DNA of 64,000 nt from Geosiphon pyriformis uo1 (lineage: Eukaryota; Fungi; Glomeromycota), in NCBI GenBank assembly GCA_016748015.1, contig JAAOMT010000231.1:64968-128967 (forward strand), given 5' to 3'. The stretch's first letter is position 1. Each line of letters begins with the position of its first letter. The position numbers and the translations under genes are program-made. The notes beneath the pieces were generated by a model. That model was not told the origin of the DNA. It ran no database searches and worked only from the letters and a program-made list of their open reading frames with translations. Below are positions 1 through 11,200 of the stretch, piece by piece.

Positions 1-3000
1 GTGTCTGGCCCGGGCCAACCAAACATCATCCCGAAATGCTAAACAAAACTCACGCACAAAGCTTACAATCTTCTTAGCACCCTCCCTAGAATCTTTAAAG
101 ACTGAAATAGACTCACGAAACCATTCATTGAAAACAAAACCCTTACACAGAGCAACACCCACTCCAACCTCAGAGACACAAGAAGCTAAAGCCTGTAAGA
201 CACATGAAGAAGAGCGAGAAAGGCCAAAAAGAGCCTCCCAAGTTGAAGCATGTGCGTCCAACAAACGAGCATGGCCAGCGGCATCTTGAGGACATGAAAA
301 GACATGATCCGAGGTCTCAACATCACCACATAACAGACAGACCACACTGGGGTAACTCCTATCATATAAACGCTTGTGCACAGCAACAGAAAGCCGATGA
401 TGAAGAGCCTTTATAAAGTAAGTACGACATCCTGCCGTGCGCATGCTGGTAAAACCGGATGCCAAGTGAGAATCGGAATGCCACACCATAAAAGACATAG
501 ACCAATTGATATCAGCATGCAAACTATCATCCACAACACGAGAACCCACCCCAATCTCCCAACGAGCTCAGTGAACTGACTGGAAAACATCACGAACAAA
601 GTGTCTAGAATTACCAAAAACCGCCGTATCACCAGCACATAGAAAACATTCACTGACTAAATGAGGTAGGTGCCAAGCAGAGAGAGCAGCACCCTTGGCA
701 AGCGCATCAGCATGCTCGTTGCCTGAGACACCTGAATGACCTTTCACCTTAACTCAATTCACATCCAAATTCTTTTGACGAATGACAGTGGCAATGTGAC
801 AACACTCAATCCAACAGTGGTTCCTGAAATCCGGACAAACCAGTGAAGACTCCAACCTACATGCATCCAAAGCAGCTTGGCTATCCAAGAACAAGTCAAT
901 CGAACAGGAAAAAAGAACACACTCAAGGGCCAAAGCTATGGCCTGCAGTTCTGTCAGAGTAGAAGAAACCAAACCAGACACCCCAACACCCAAACCCAAA
1001 TTAATGTCCTCAAAAAAAACAGCAGCACCTGCTCTCATGTTAACAGTGCCCAGACCAGAAAGAGACCCATCCATATACACAGAAAGGCGGGCAGCATCAA
1101 TGGTTGGCAAAGTGTCACAAATCACACCAAAATTATGAGAAAGACGAATATCAGACACAGCATGACCATCTACCAAAGAAAAACTTGAGAAGATAGGAAC
1201 AACACTACCAAGAAAGCAAACAGAAAGATCAAACCAGAAAGGGACTGGGCCACGAGAGTCTAGCCTTTTCCAGCACTTGAAAGTACCCCAACTGAAAACA
1301 TCACTATTACGGTCACAAAGCTGTTCTACGAAAGCAATTCCATAATGCCTGAGTGAAGAGATGCACTTGAAAAAACAGGATTCACCAAGAACCAAAGACA
1401 TAGGAGTACCACACTGACAACGAAAAGCACAATCCAGAGGGCCTCCCAAAGACAAATCACACCCAGAAAAAATGTGAACCACACCCGCCAAAAAATTATC
1501 CGAGGGACTAATACCAACATAAACTGGAAACAGCAAAAGATAACGAGGACGCTAGCTAAGAATCTGGAGGTCATGAGACCTATAAGAAAACAAGCGACCC
1601 AAGACACTAGTAGAATTTGCAAAAGCAACAACGGAGGCCGATTTACTCTCAGCCTGTATCTGTTCGAAAGTTTTTAAATTGTACAAAGAGGGGTGATGAA
1701 GTGCGTCACTGGGGAAATCACGTGGCAACCCAGACTTGGACTTTAAGACTTTGCAAACCAGAGCATCCCATTTACTACAAACACCAACAGAAACGAAACT
1801 AAACTAAATCCTGTAGCTGATGATAGGGAAAAGAACTGCAGACACCAAATATGCACACTGTTTGTCCGAAATCGCCTTTCTCAAAACAAGATTCACAAAA
1901 AACCATACATCAGCCTAGGCCTTAGCCAAGCTGGACTTCGAAAGACCCTCAGAAGACAAAAAAATACCCAAATAGTGATGAGATTCCCTTCTCTTGACAA
2001 TGGAAATAGGTGCACCACTGATAGTCAAATGAGAATCCAGCACCCGGCAATTGATGGAGATGGCCACCGTTTTGTCATTGTTTACAAAAATATTGTTAAA
2101 CCTAAAAAACTCACTAGCAACATCAAGGATGCATTGTGTAGCAGCCTGGCTGCTACCAACCCAGATAGTATCATCGACAAAAGCGCCGGCAGTAAGAAAT
2201 GAAGACAGCTCAGCTTGAGGATCCACCCAGCCAGTTCTTGATATGAAATAAGAATTCAACCTGTAATCATACACACTATCCTGTCTCTTGACCTCACACA
2301 AAAGTGAATCATAAAAAATATGCCAGAGAAGAGGCGAGAAAACTTCTCCTTGATCCAGCCCATTGTGGACACAATACCCATCAGTTAAGCCAAAGTCAGT
2401 CATTACTTTGTTGATGCAACCATTGTGAATACTGCCAAAAAATCTAATAAACCTGTCGCACATTTTGATCCTGACTAGACTCCTCCTAAGATGTTCCCAA
2501 CCAACCAAGTTATAAGCCTTGTGCATGTCCTGTAAAACCAGCCAAAGTTCACTGTTCTTTTCCAAGGCATTCTTAACCACAGAACTGATAGCAAAAATGG
2601 GAGATTGAGTTATCATACCCTTCAAAACTGAAAAATTGTCCCCACGAAGAACATCAAAAGTGCTGCAAGCCAGAGAGATCCTATCCGAAAGGATCTTGGA
2701 GAGAATCTTGTGGGCCATTTCAATTAAAGCTATGGGATGGGTGTTTGTGAGAACTCCCTCCCATTCATATGGTTTAGGAATCATCGAAACCCAAGCTTTT
2801 CTTCAAGGCCCAGGGACTGACTCGCCAACCAAACAGAAATTCAAGAGCACCAAAAGCATATCCAATACAGATTTGTCACAATGTTTCCATAATTTGTTGG
2901 AGATACCAGAAAGACCAGCTGCTTTTCCATCAGGAAGATCTTTAACAACAGCTGACAACTCATCAAAACTAATCGAACATATGACATCAGAGAAAGCACC

Positions 3001-4485
3001 ATCGAATACGTAGTCTAGAGGCCAATATTGACGAGCCCAATCCTCAGATAAGTCAGACACCACCTCACGTTTTTTGGTCCATCCCTCCATAATTTCGTCC
3101 ACTTTAGACTTAACCAAATCAGGCTCTAAAATTAATTCATCTTCTACAACCAAATGATCCAGGACCATCTTGCGAAAAGAATGCTCCAAAACACTCCTAA
3201 TGGTGTGACCCTTGTTCAGCTCAAAACTCTCCATCCTCTTACCAATAGCCTGCTTAATTGAGGATTCCTCAGCACACTTGGATTCCACAAATTTGAAGGA
3301 GCAGTATGATTTTCTTGCTTTGGCCAGCACAGAATGAATAAGATCGAAATTAGAACTTGAAAGAAACAAAGACTTAACCACTGATGCACCAGGGGAGTCA
3401 AGTCTGTGCCACACCTCCAACAAAAAAGCAAAACCATCACTAGAAATCAAACGTGAAGCCTTGACCAACTTAGAAACCAGCAGCTCCAGCTTGTGAAACC
3501 TAGAAGAAGTCTTGGTGAACACACCATCAAAACCTTTGAACCATTTTTTCTTAAATGTACTATCCGCTAAAAGAACCATAATCTTGCGAACAACGTCCCA
3601 CATAGTGTCCACATCTGAAAATCTTACTGCCACACCGAAAGCATCCGAGAACATAGAGACATTAGCAGCTGAGACATTCCTGAACTCCAACCACTTAGCT
3701 TCATTGGCACTTTTGACATCAAACTTCCAACGATCTTTATTCGCTTGCTTGCGAAGAAAATTCAAACGTGTATCCAAGAGTCCGCCCAGACCCAAATCCA
3801 CTAAAACAGCTTGATGGTCTATGTCAAAATGCTCACTGACATTCAAAACTTCACGATGCACTATCGTATTAACAAGACTTGAGAAGACAAACACATAATC
3901 AATTGTTTTCTTAACACCCCTAGAATTTTCCCAAGTGGGCATTTTTGCAGCCGGGCTACCAACTAAAGAATTGACCAGACCCAAATCAAAGCATTTTTTG
4001 AAACTTGCACTTTTATAAGAGCCATCTTCATTAAAATCGCCACCAAGAATGATGAAAGAAGATTTATTGACAGTCTTTGCAATGAGAGAATTGATTTCAC
4101 CAGCTTGAAAAAACCGAACCACCAAAGAAGCACCAGCATAAAGCCCCAAAATCGACACAGAAAGTTTACTCTTAAAAAGTAATTTAATGGAAAGGAGCCA
4201 ACCAGGCACCTTAGAAATCTTGCACACATGATGAGCCAAAGAAATGTCCATGATAACAGCAACACCCACACCCAAGTGACTGGAGTCCAAATCAGAAGAA
4301 AACACTCGGATACCATCAAACTTGTCCACAATCCACGGACGAACCCTACTCTTTAATTTTGTTTCAGTAACGATAGAGACTAAATTGTTCATTTCCTTAT
4401 GCCACCTAATAATGTCTTCTTGCTTAGCGGGATTGTTCATGCCCCTGACATTGCACATAGCAACTTTTCAGACTAAACTGCTCAT
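1..4485 (-). pseudogene. LINE ORF2: AP endonuclease, reverse transcriptase, RNase H, C-terminal CCHC finger (disrupted)
   Basis: APE motifs NVRG, ETK, GDFN, IDY, DH in 2803..4458; RT motifs QDMHKAY, GLDQGEVFSPLL, AFVDD, YLG in 1915..2784; RNase H motifs YMDGS, TELQAI, DSQAAL in 754..1536. Split by premature stops. Confidence 0.93.
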
Positions 4486-6275
4486 TGAGTAAGAGGTAGA
4501 GATACCGAAAGCACACCTAAACTGTCCACTTTGGCCAAAAGGCCCAGAACCATTTCCATTAGACACTTCATGCTGTCTTCCAGCTTAGACACCAAAGACA
4601 TATCAAAAGACACCGCTCCCGCGACATTCCCATCACTAGTGGACACACTCGAACCCTCACTTATCACTACATCCGCCCCTTGATCCTGTGACGAAGAGGT
4701 TACCAACGGCTGACATCCAGGGCTAGGCTGGGAAACTGTTGGTCCGAGTGCATCCAATCTCTTAGCCAGCTTACCAACTTGCTCTGCGAGGCTGGCAAGA
4801 CTGCGCTCAAAAGCGGTGAACCTATCATTGACTTCCATTACAACCAGTTGGGATGGCTTCATCTCTGAAGAGGAGCCATTTGTTACCACAATATTCTGAC
4901 CAGAGAGGAGGAGCGAAAAAGACCCATGAGCAACTTTTGCCCAAGAGAGACCACCAAAAGAGACTGGATGGGCAACTGGAGCTGAGCGTTTGGCATAGAT
5001 AGTTGCCAGCCTGCTTTTATCCGTATCTGAGAAAACCCTACGCAGTAAACTACTAAAAGACAATTTCCCACCAACTGCACAACCCAATAACGTGTGACCC
5101 AATTTCTCACACTTGGCGCATCTAGCAGAAATGAGGTAAGACTAGTGGAGATTGGTGTTCCTGAGTACTGGCATGGTTCCCACAGCAGCATCCAATGATT
5201 CAGCAGAGTCGAAACAAACAACAGCACACCTGGCCCAAGCATACATAACAGAATGACGATCAATGACGCACGTTTTCCCACCCACAGATCTAACAAAGTC
5301 CCAGATATCATGAGCATTGGTTCCCATCAGCAATGTATAGAGCAGTGCCCTATGTTGGTCCCTTACATCCCATGCCTCCTTGTCTGAATTAGCCTTAGCC
5401 ACATGTACAGCATCTTTCTCGATTAAGATGGACCACTCAGCTGTGACCAAATCAGCCTGATTCGATCATTCGAATTCCACCACCGCCTTCTGTCACAGCC
5501 CAATTAACTGCATCTTGATCATCCTAATAACTCCAAACTCGGATAGCACAGTGCACACAGCCTCAGCCGATGTTCCAACTGGAATTTCTTTTATGACCAC
5601 AGCCTGATTTGATCACCCAGATGCTTTTTTGAGATTGGCGTTTACTAAGATCTTCACATTCGCAGCTTTACCAGTAGCTTTCATTAGACTTGATTCGGAA
5701 GTGAATGTCGCCCTGATGATCTCTGAGAATTTTGAGGGGGTAGATACCCCCCCAAAACCATTGATTCCAGAAAACGACTTCCTCACCACCACAAGTTTTT
5801 CCTGAGAAGATTTGCCGGCCACTTTATCCAAGCCAATATCCAATGCAAATGATTTCCTGACTGAAACATTGACCAAATTTTTCACAGAAGGAGGGAGCTC
5901 AAGAGGAGCATCCGAGAGAACACCATCATCACTACCAACTTTTGAGAAGTCAATTTTTCCCAATGGCTTGCCCAATGCCTTTTTGGTTTTAATCTTCGAA
6001 CTTGTGGGCGTCTGATCATAATCTCCACCAGCCAGAGCTCCACTTTCACCATAATCAAAGCTGGTTTCCTCTACCAGACACTCCTCTTCCATATCAACAC
6101 TTTCAGACTCAGTAGTGTCCCCAGTCTCCGAATCCCATGAACAAACACCAGGAACTTCAACAGCAACTCTTTCATTATCAACACCCTTTGCCAACACACC
6201 TCCCTTCCTCTTTTTCCTTGATGCAACTGCTTTAAAACCAATCTCAGAACCAAAAACTTTAGCAGTCTTTTTCAT
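4482..6275 (-). pseudogene. LINE ORF1 (nucleic-acid-binding; RRM-like region, CCHC knuckle, C-terminal coiled coil), disrupted
   Basis: Collinear fragments 5613..6275, 5142..5450 and 4482..5102; knuckle CAKCEKLGHTLLGC near 5080-5120; homologous to 18618-20412. Confidence 0.85.
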
Positions 6276-6749
6276 AACAGCAATAACAGAGCCAACAGTG
6301 GCCTCATAATCAAAAAACAGTTTTGATTTATCATACTGAATGGTAAAAAACTTCTTTCAGAAAAAACTTTTGACTCTTTTTTGGGAATTTTGTACGAAGG
6401 AGAGAAAGAAGTTTTTCTTTTTTTTTCAAATTAAAAATTCATCAATTTTTTATTAATTATTTTAAAAAAGTATTTAATAATAATAATGACAAATAATTTA
6501 TTGTCTAAGATTAAATTAATAAAATATTATTTTTATTATTAATAAGTCTAATTTAATAAAAATTTTATTAGTTTTTAAAGTTTTTTTTGAATTTAAAAAT
6601 TTGCACAGGTTTTTTTAAACTGTAAATAAATTATTAGTTAACAAAAAGTAATATGTATTAAGATTTTGAAAATGTTTTTAATAATAAAATATTGTTCAAA
6701 TTTCTGTATAATTTCTAAAAGTTTTAATTTGAAAAAACTTTTGTTTTAA

Positions 6750-7514
6750 ATTGTTTATCTGAAGGTTTTGATTAAGTTCTTTGTATAATAGACAGAGATT
6801 TAATGGTTGTTTTATTTGTAGCTTCCCAGAATCGCAATTCTGTTAATTCTTTTCTTAGCTTGGTAGCCGGCAATCCTCTGATAAGTAATTCATAATTTGC
6901 TTTATGTGTTCTACTCACTCGCAGGGGTCTTTTACCAGGCAATTCTTGATGTTAGTAATTTAGTGCTTTTAATCAATTAGTACACAACAATAAAATCAAA
7001 GAAAGAAATAAAGCAAATAAAAAAATAAAAAAAACAAAAAAATAAGCCAAGACAATATGCAGATTAGTATTCATCAATAGCCGTGATCAAGAGCTATTGT
7101 TCCAATGTGGTCAAGTATCAATTATTATTAATATGAGATGTTAATAATGGAGAGTAAAATTAGATATTAGAATAATTATTTATTTGATAATTGTGAATTG
7201 AAAGATTGTCTAGATGAAATCAAACAGAGAGGTCTGTTTTTCCAGCTTCTAACACTACTGCTATATATACATAATTGAGATTCCTCAATTTCTTAATTCT
7301 TCACAACAGGAATTTTGGAATTTCTGAAATCCTGCGATTCTATTGAGAGAAATCCTGAAATTCTAGAATCCTGCAATTTCTTATGTGAGAATTTTGCAAT
7401 TTTTGGAATTTTGCAATTCCTCTAAGAGGAATCCTGAAATTCCACATTTACTACATCTACTTTTGATTGGCTAATAACTATGCTGATATATTTCCTATAT
7501 TTCTATGAGTAACA
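6750..7514 (-). repeat. A1 3' LTR (outer ~91 bp deleted)
   Basis: Direct repeat of 15869-16633; ends ...tgagtaaca on the + strand. Confidence 0.92.
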
Positions 7515-7530
7515 TTATTCCTTTTTTTTA
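7515..7530 (-). other. A1 polypurine tract
   Basis: Sense TAAAAAAAAGGAATAA abuts the 3' LTR; equivalent tracts at 28653-28668 and 48192-48207. Confidence 0.75.
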
Positions 7531-7533
7531 ATA

Positions 7534-8187
7534 TTAAGCTCTGTTGAAATCTAGCTCTTTTAATTCTTCTTCTTGAAGTATTTCCTGAATTTCGGTTTTG
7601 AGAATTACTTGTGTTATTTGGGTCTGTAATTCTTTAAATTGAGCATTGGTAATCTTTCCCAATTGATTACTGGTAACTGTATTTATTGCTTTGTTAAGTA
7701 AAATTTCTGGTTAATTCTGAAATGTTGTGTGTATTCGATATATGACTCAGGCCTGTGTGGATAAGTTGTTTTTTTCTACAAACTGTTCTAGTTGTTATAA
7801 TATTGTTATGTTGAATAACTGCTTTGTTTTATCAGTGTACAAATTCTGGATGTTTATGTGTTTTTCCAAGTAGAAATAACAATAGTTTCTTGGAAATTGT
7901 TGTATCTACCAATTCCAAGTTTTTTTGGTTAACTCTTGATATAGTGAGTCTTTTGTTAGCTCTTGTATTGTCACTTTTACTTTTGCAATAACTTTGTTAA
8001 TGGTATTTTTTGGTTTCTTTCGTGTTCTGTATTAAGATGTCTTTCTAGTATCTCAGTACCAAATGGTTTGTTAATTAATTGTAATCTCCATTTCTTAGTG
8101 TTGTATTAATTGAAAAAGTTGTTGTGCTAGTGAGTGAATGTTGTCTGTAATTTCCATTTTTCTGATTTTTTTTGTTGCATCTACCAT
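7534..8187 (-). pseudogene. A1 ORF3, unknown accessory protein (disrupted)
   Basis: Manual translation MVDATKKIRKMEITDNIHSLAQQLFQLI...KKLLLF(fs)YLEKHINIQNLYTDKTKQLF...TVTSNQLGKITNAQFKEL...; homologous to the ORF3 of A2 and A3. Confidence 0.75.
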
Positions 8188-8209
8188 GTCTTTATATATT
8201 CCTTTGTTA

Positions 8210-11200
8210 ATCACTTTTATTTGTTGTCAATAATGATAATTGGTTCCAGATCTCGTGGAATTTTATCTGGTTGTACTAGTGTTCTCTGTACTTCTAGTTG
8301 GGGAATATTACTGGTGGATGGTGATGTTATATTGTAGTATGGTTTTAGTCAATCTCCATGTGCTGCTTTGGTCAAGATTTTGTTGTTCCATCTTAATTTA
8401 TAAGCTTTATTTCCTAGAATTTCTTCTATGTGAAATAGTCTGTCCCATTTGGGGTCAAATTTTCTGCTCCATTGTTTTTCTGCTTTGGTATAATGTAAGA
8501 GTACTTTGTCTCTAATCTTGAACTCAACTGGTTTGTTTGGTAGTTGACTATTGTGTCTTTTTTTCTGTTTCTTTTGTGACTTTTGAATATTATCAGCTGC
8601 TCTTTTTTGTTTGTTTTCCAATGTTTCCATTAAGTTATATGTTCTTTTCAACAATGTTTCCTAGAAATTCTCTTCTGTTATTGGTTCAGTTAGATATGTG
8701 TTGACTTCTATCTTAACTGGTATTGTTGCTGTTCTACCATATACTAATTCAAATGGTATTGCTTGTGTAGTATCTTGCTTCATTGTCCAATAAGCAAATA
8801 GTACTAATAGTATAAACAAATCTCATTTGTCCTGGTTTTCTTGGCTGAGTTTGGCAATTGTTTTACACAATGTTCTATTAAATCTTTCAACTAAACCATT
8901 TGTTTGTGGATGATATGGTAATGATAGTGGTCTTTTAATTCCGAATTTTTGGCTCAATTCTGTTAGTGTTTTGTTTACAAAGTGAGTTCCTTGGTCTGAT
9001 AATAATTCTTTTGGACATCCATGTTGACAAATCAAGTCTTGATGAACAAATTTGGCAACAGATTTTGTATCTGCTCTTTGAATTGCTTTTGCTTCTGGCC
9101 ATTTAATGAGATAGTCCATGGCTACTGCAATATATCTATTTCCTCTGCTGGTAATTATTAATGGTCTGACTAAATCAATTCCAATGTGATCAAATAGTTG
9201 TTCCACTTTGATTGGTCTTAATAGCTCACTGGGTTTTGTTCCTCTTTTTCTTTGACAAGAATCACAATTTTGGACATATTAGATGATGTCTGGATACATT
9301 GATAGCCAATAGTATCTTTTTCTGGTCCTTTTCATGGTTGTTTCTTTGTAGAAATGTCCTGCTGTTGAATCTGAGTGCATGTTGAACAGTATTGTTTCTT
9401 TCTCTGGCTCTGTAATTACTTTGGTTGGTTGATCTGGATTTTGTCTATTCTTCCGGTAAAGTATATTTTGATAATTGATAAAATATTTTGATTGTTGCTT
9501 GATGCTATTTTGTTCTTTTTGAAATAATTTCTCCTTGAACTGTTGGGTATTTATATAGTGTTGAAGCTGTTGGCATTTTTGTGTGTTTATCTTTTGTTAT
9601 ATTTTCATTGGGTTTGGTTTGGTTTTATTATATTTTTGGGTTGAAATGTTTTTAGATTTGTCTTATTTGTGACAAACTGTTGGCATTTCCATTGTCTTTT
9701 CCCTTTTTGTAATGTTCTGTATAATTGAATGGTAATAGTGCTATTTTCTATCTTGCATGTTAATTATCTCCAAATTTTTGTTTTTGGATTGCTGTCAATC
9801 TCTTGTAATCAATATGTATTTCAAATCTCTGACTCAAGTATTCTTTTCATTTCATGACTGCCCAATAGATTGCTAAGTGTTCTAATGCTGGTGTTCCATA
9901 ATTCTTCTTGGCTGGTGTATGCAACTAGATGTTCTCTTTCATCTGATCCTCTCTGAGATAGCACTGCTCCCAATGCTTGACTTGATGCATCAGTGGTGAT
10001 GATGAATGGTTTACTATAATCTGGATAGATTAATACTAGAGCTTGAATAAGCTTTCCTCTTAAGATATCAAATGCTTCTTGCTGGTTTTTAGTCCATTCA
10101 TATTTTATATTCTTGGTTTGGAGATGATTGAGTGGCTGAGTTATCTTAAAAAAGTCCTTGATAAAATGGCAATAATAGCCTGTAAATCCTAAGAATAATT
10201 TTAACTCGGTTATGTTGGTTGGTATTAGAAATTTTTTTACTATCTCTATCTTATCTGGATCTGTTTTGATGCCATCTTTGCTTACTATATGTCCTAAGAA
10301 CTTGAGTTCTGTTTTGCCAAAGAAACACTTTGTTGTATTTAATTTTAATCCAGCACTTTTCAGTCTTTCAAACACTTGTTGGAAATGATATAGATAGTTG
10401 TTAAATGTTTTTGAGAACACATTGGTGTCGTCCAAATAGACTACTACTGATTTTCACAATAAGCTGGTATATACTATTTCCATTAGCCATTGAAATATGG
10501 CTAGAGCATTCATCAAGCCAAATGGCATGACTTCAAACTCGAAATTCCCTTTTTTTGTTATAAAAGCTGTTTTTTCTTTGTCTGCTGAATTCATGGCTAC
10601 CTGCCAGTATCTACTGTCTAGATCCAGTATTGAGAACTATTTATTTTCTTCAAAAGCATTGAATAGCTCCTGAATTCGTGGAGTTAGATAGCTGTCTCCA
10701 TGAGTGACTCCATTGAGTTTTCTGTAGTTCACACAAAATCTGATCTTTCTATTTTTCTTCTGGACGAGTACCACTGGTGATAACCATGGGCTCATAGATG
10801 GCTGAATTAGCCCATTGTCAAGCATTTGGTTGATCTCTTGATGGATGATCTCATGGCTGGCTGGTGGTACTCTGTAGGCTCATTGTTTAATTAGCATATG
10901 TTGGAGTGGATTTAAATTTTCCATGTTCATTTGTTCCAATTGTTCTGGTTGGAGCAAATAACATTCATTTTATCTGTAGATTATTTGTAATATAATATCC
11001 ACATATCCACATAGCTGTAAAAAATCTGGAATAATGCTTGGTAGTTGATTTTCTAATTCAGTGCTCATGTATTCAATGATGATTTCCTCTGGTATTGTGA
11101 TGGTGTCTTCTGTTGTATTGTAAATGAGAATTTTGATATGATTGTGGCTTTTGGCTAATATGTAGAGATTAATGAGTCCAATCTCTTCTGATTCATAAAG

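Larger units (their letters stand above)
1..6411 (-). mobile_element. LINE (non-LTR retrotransposon, APE-RT-RNase H type), copy 1; 3' end runs off the window
   Basis: ORF1 and ORF2 fragments on the minus strand. The 5' end (cttctttctctcc...cccaaaaaagagtcaaaag) aligns with the 5' end of copy 2 at 18477. Confidence 0.95.

Noticed and set aside
8210-8400. Chromodomain at the integrase C-terminus
   Set aside because: No Y.V..I or YLVKWKG motif follows the GPF-type tail in any copy.
8134-8515. Hydrophobic short ORFs antisense to the Gypsy elements (also 12696, 15672, 35563, 49006, 49194, 53474) as membrane or env proteins
   Set aside because: They are shadows of an A-rich sense strand, with no motifs and inconsistent boundaries between copies.
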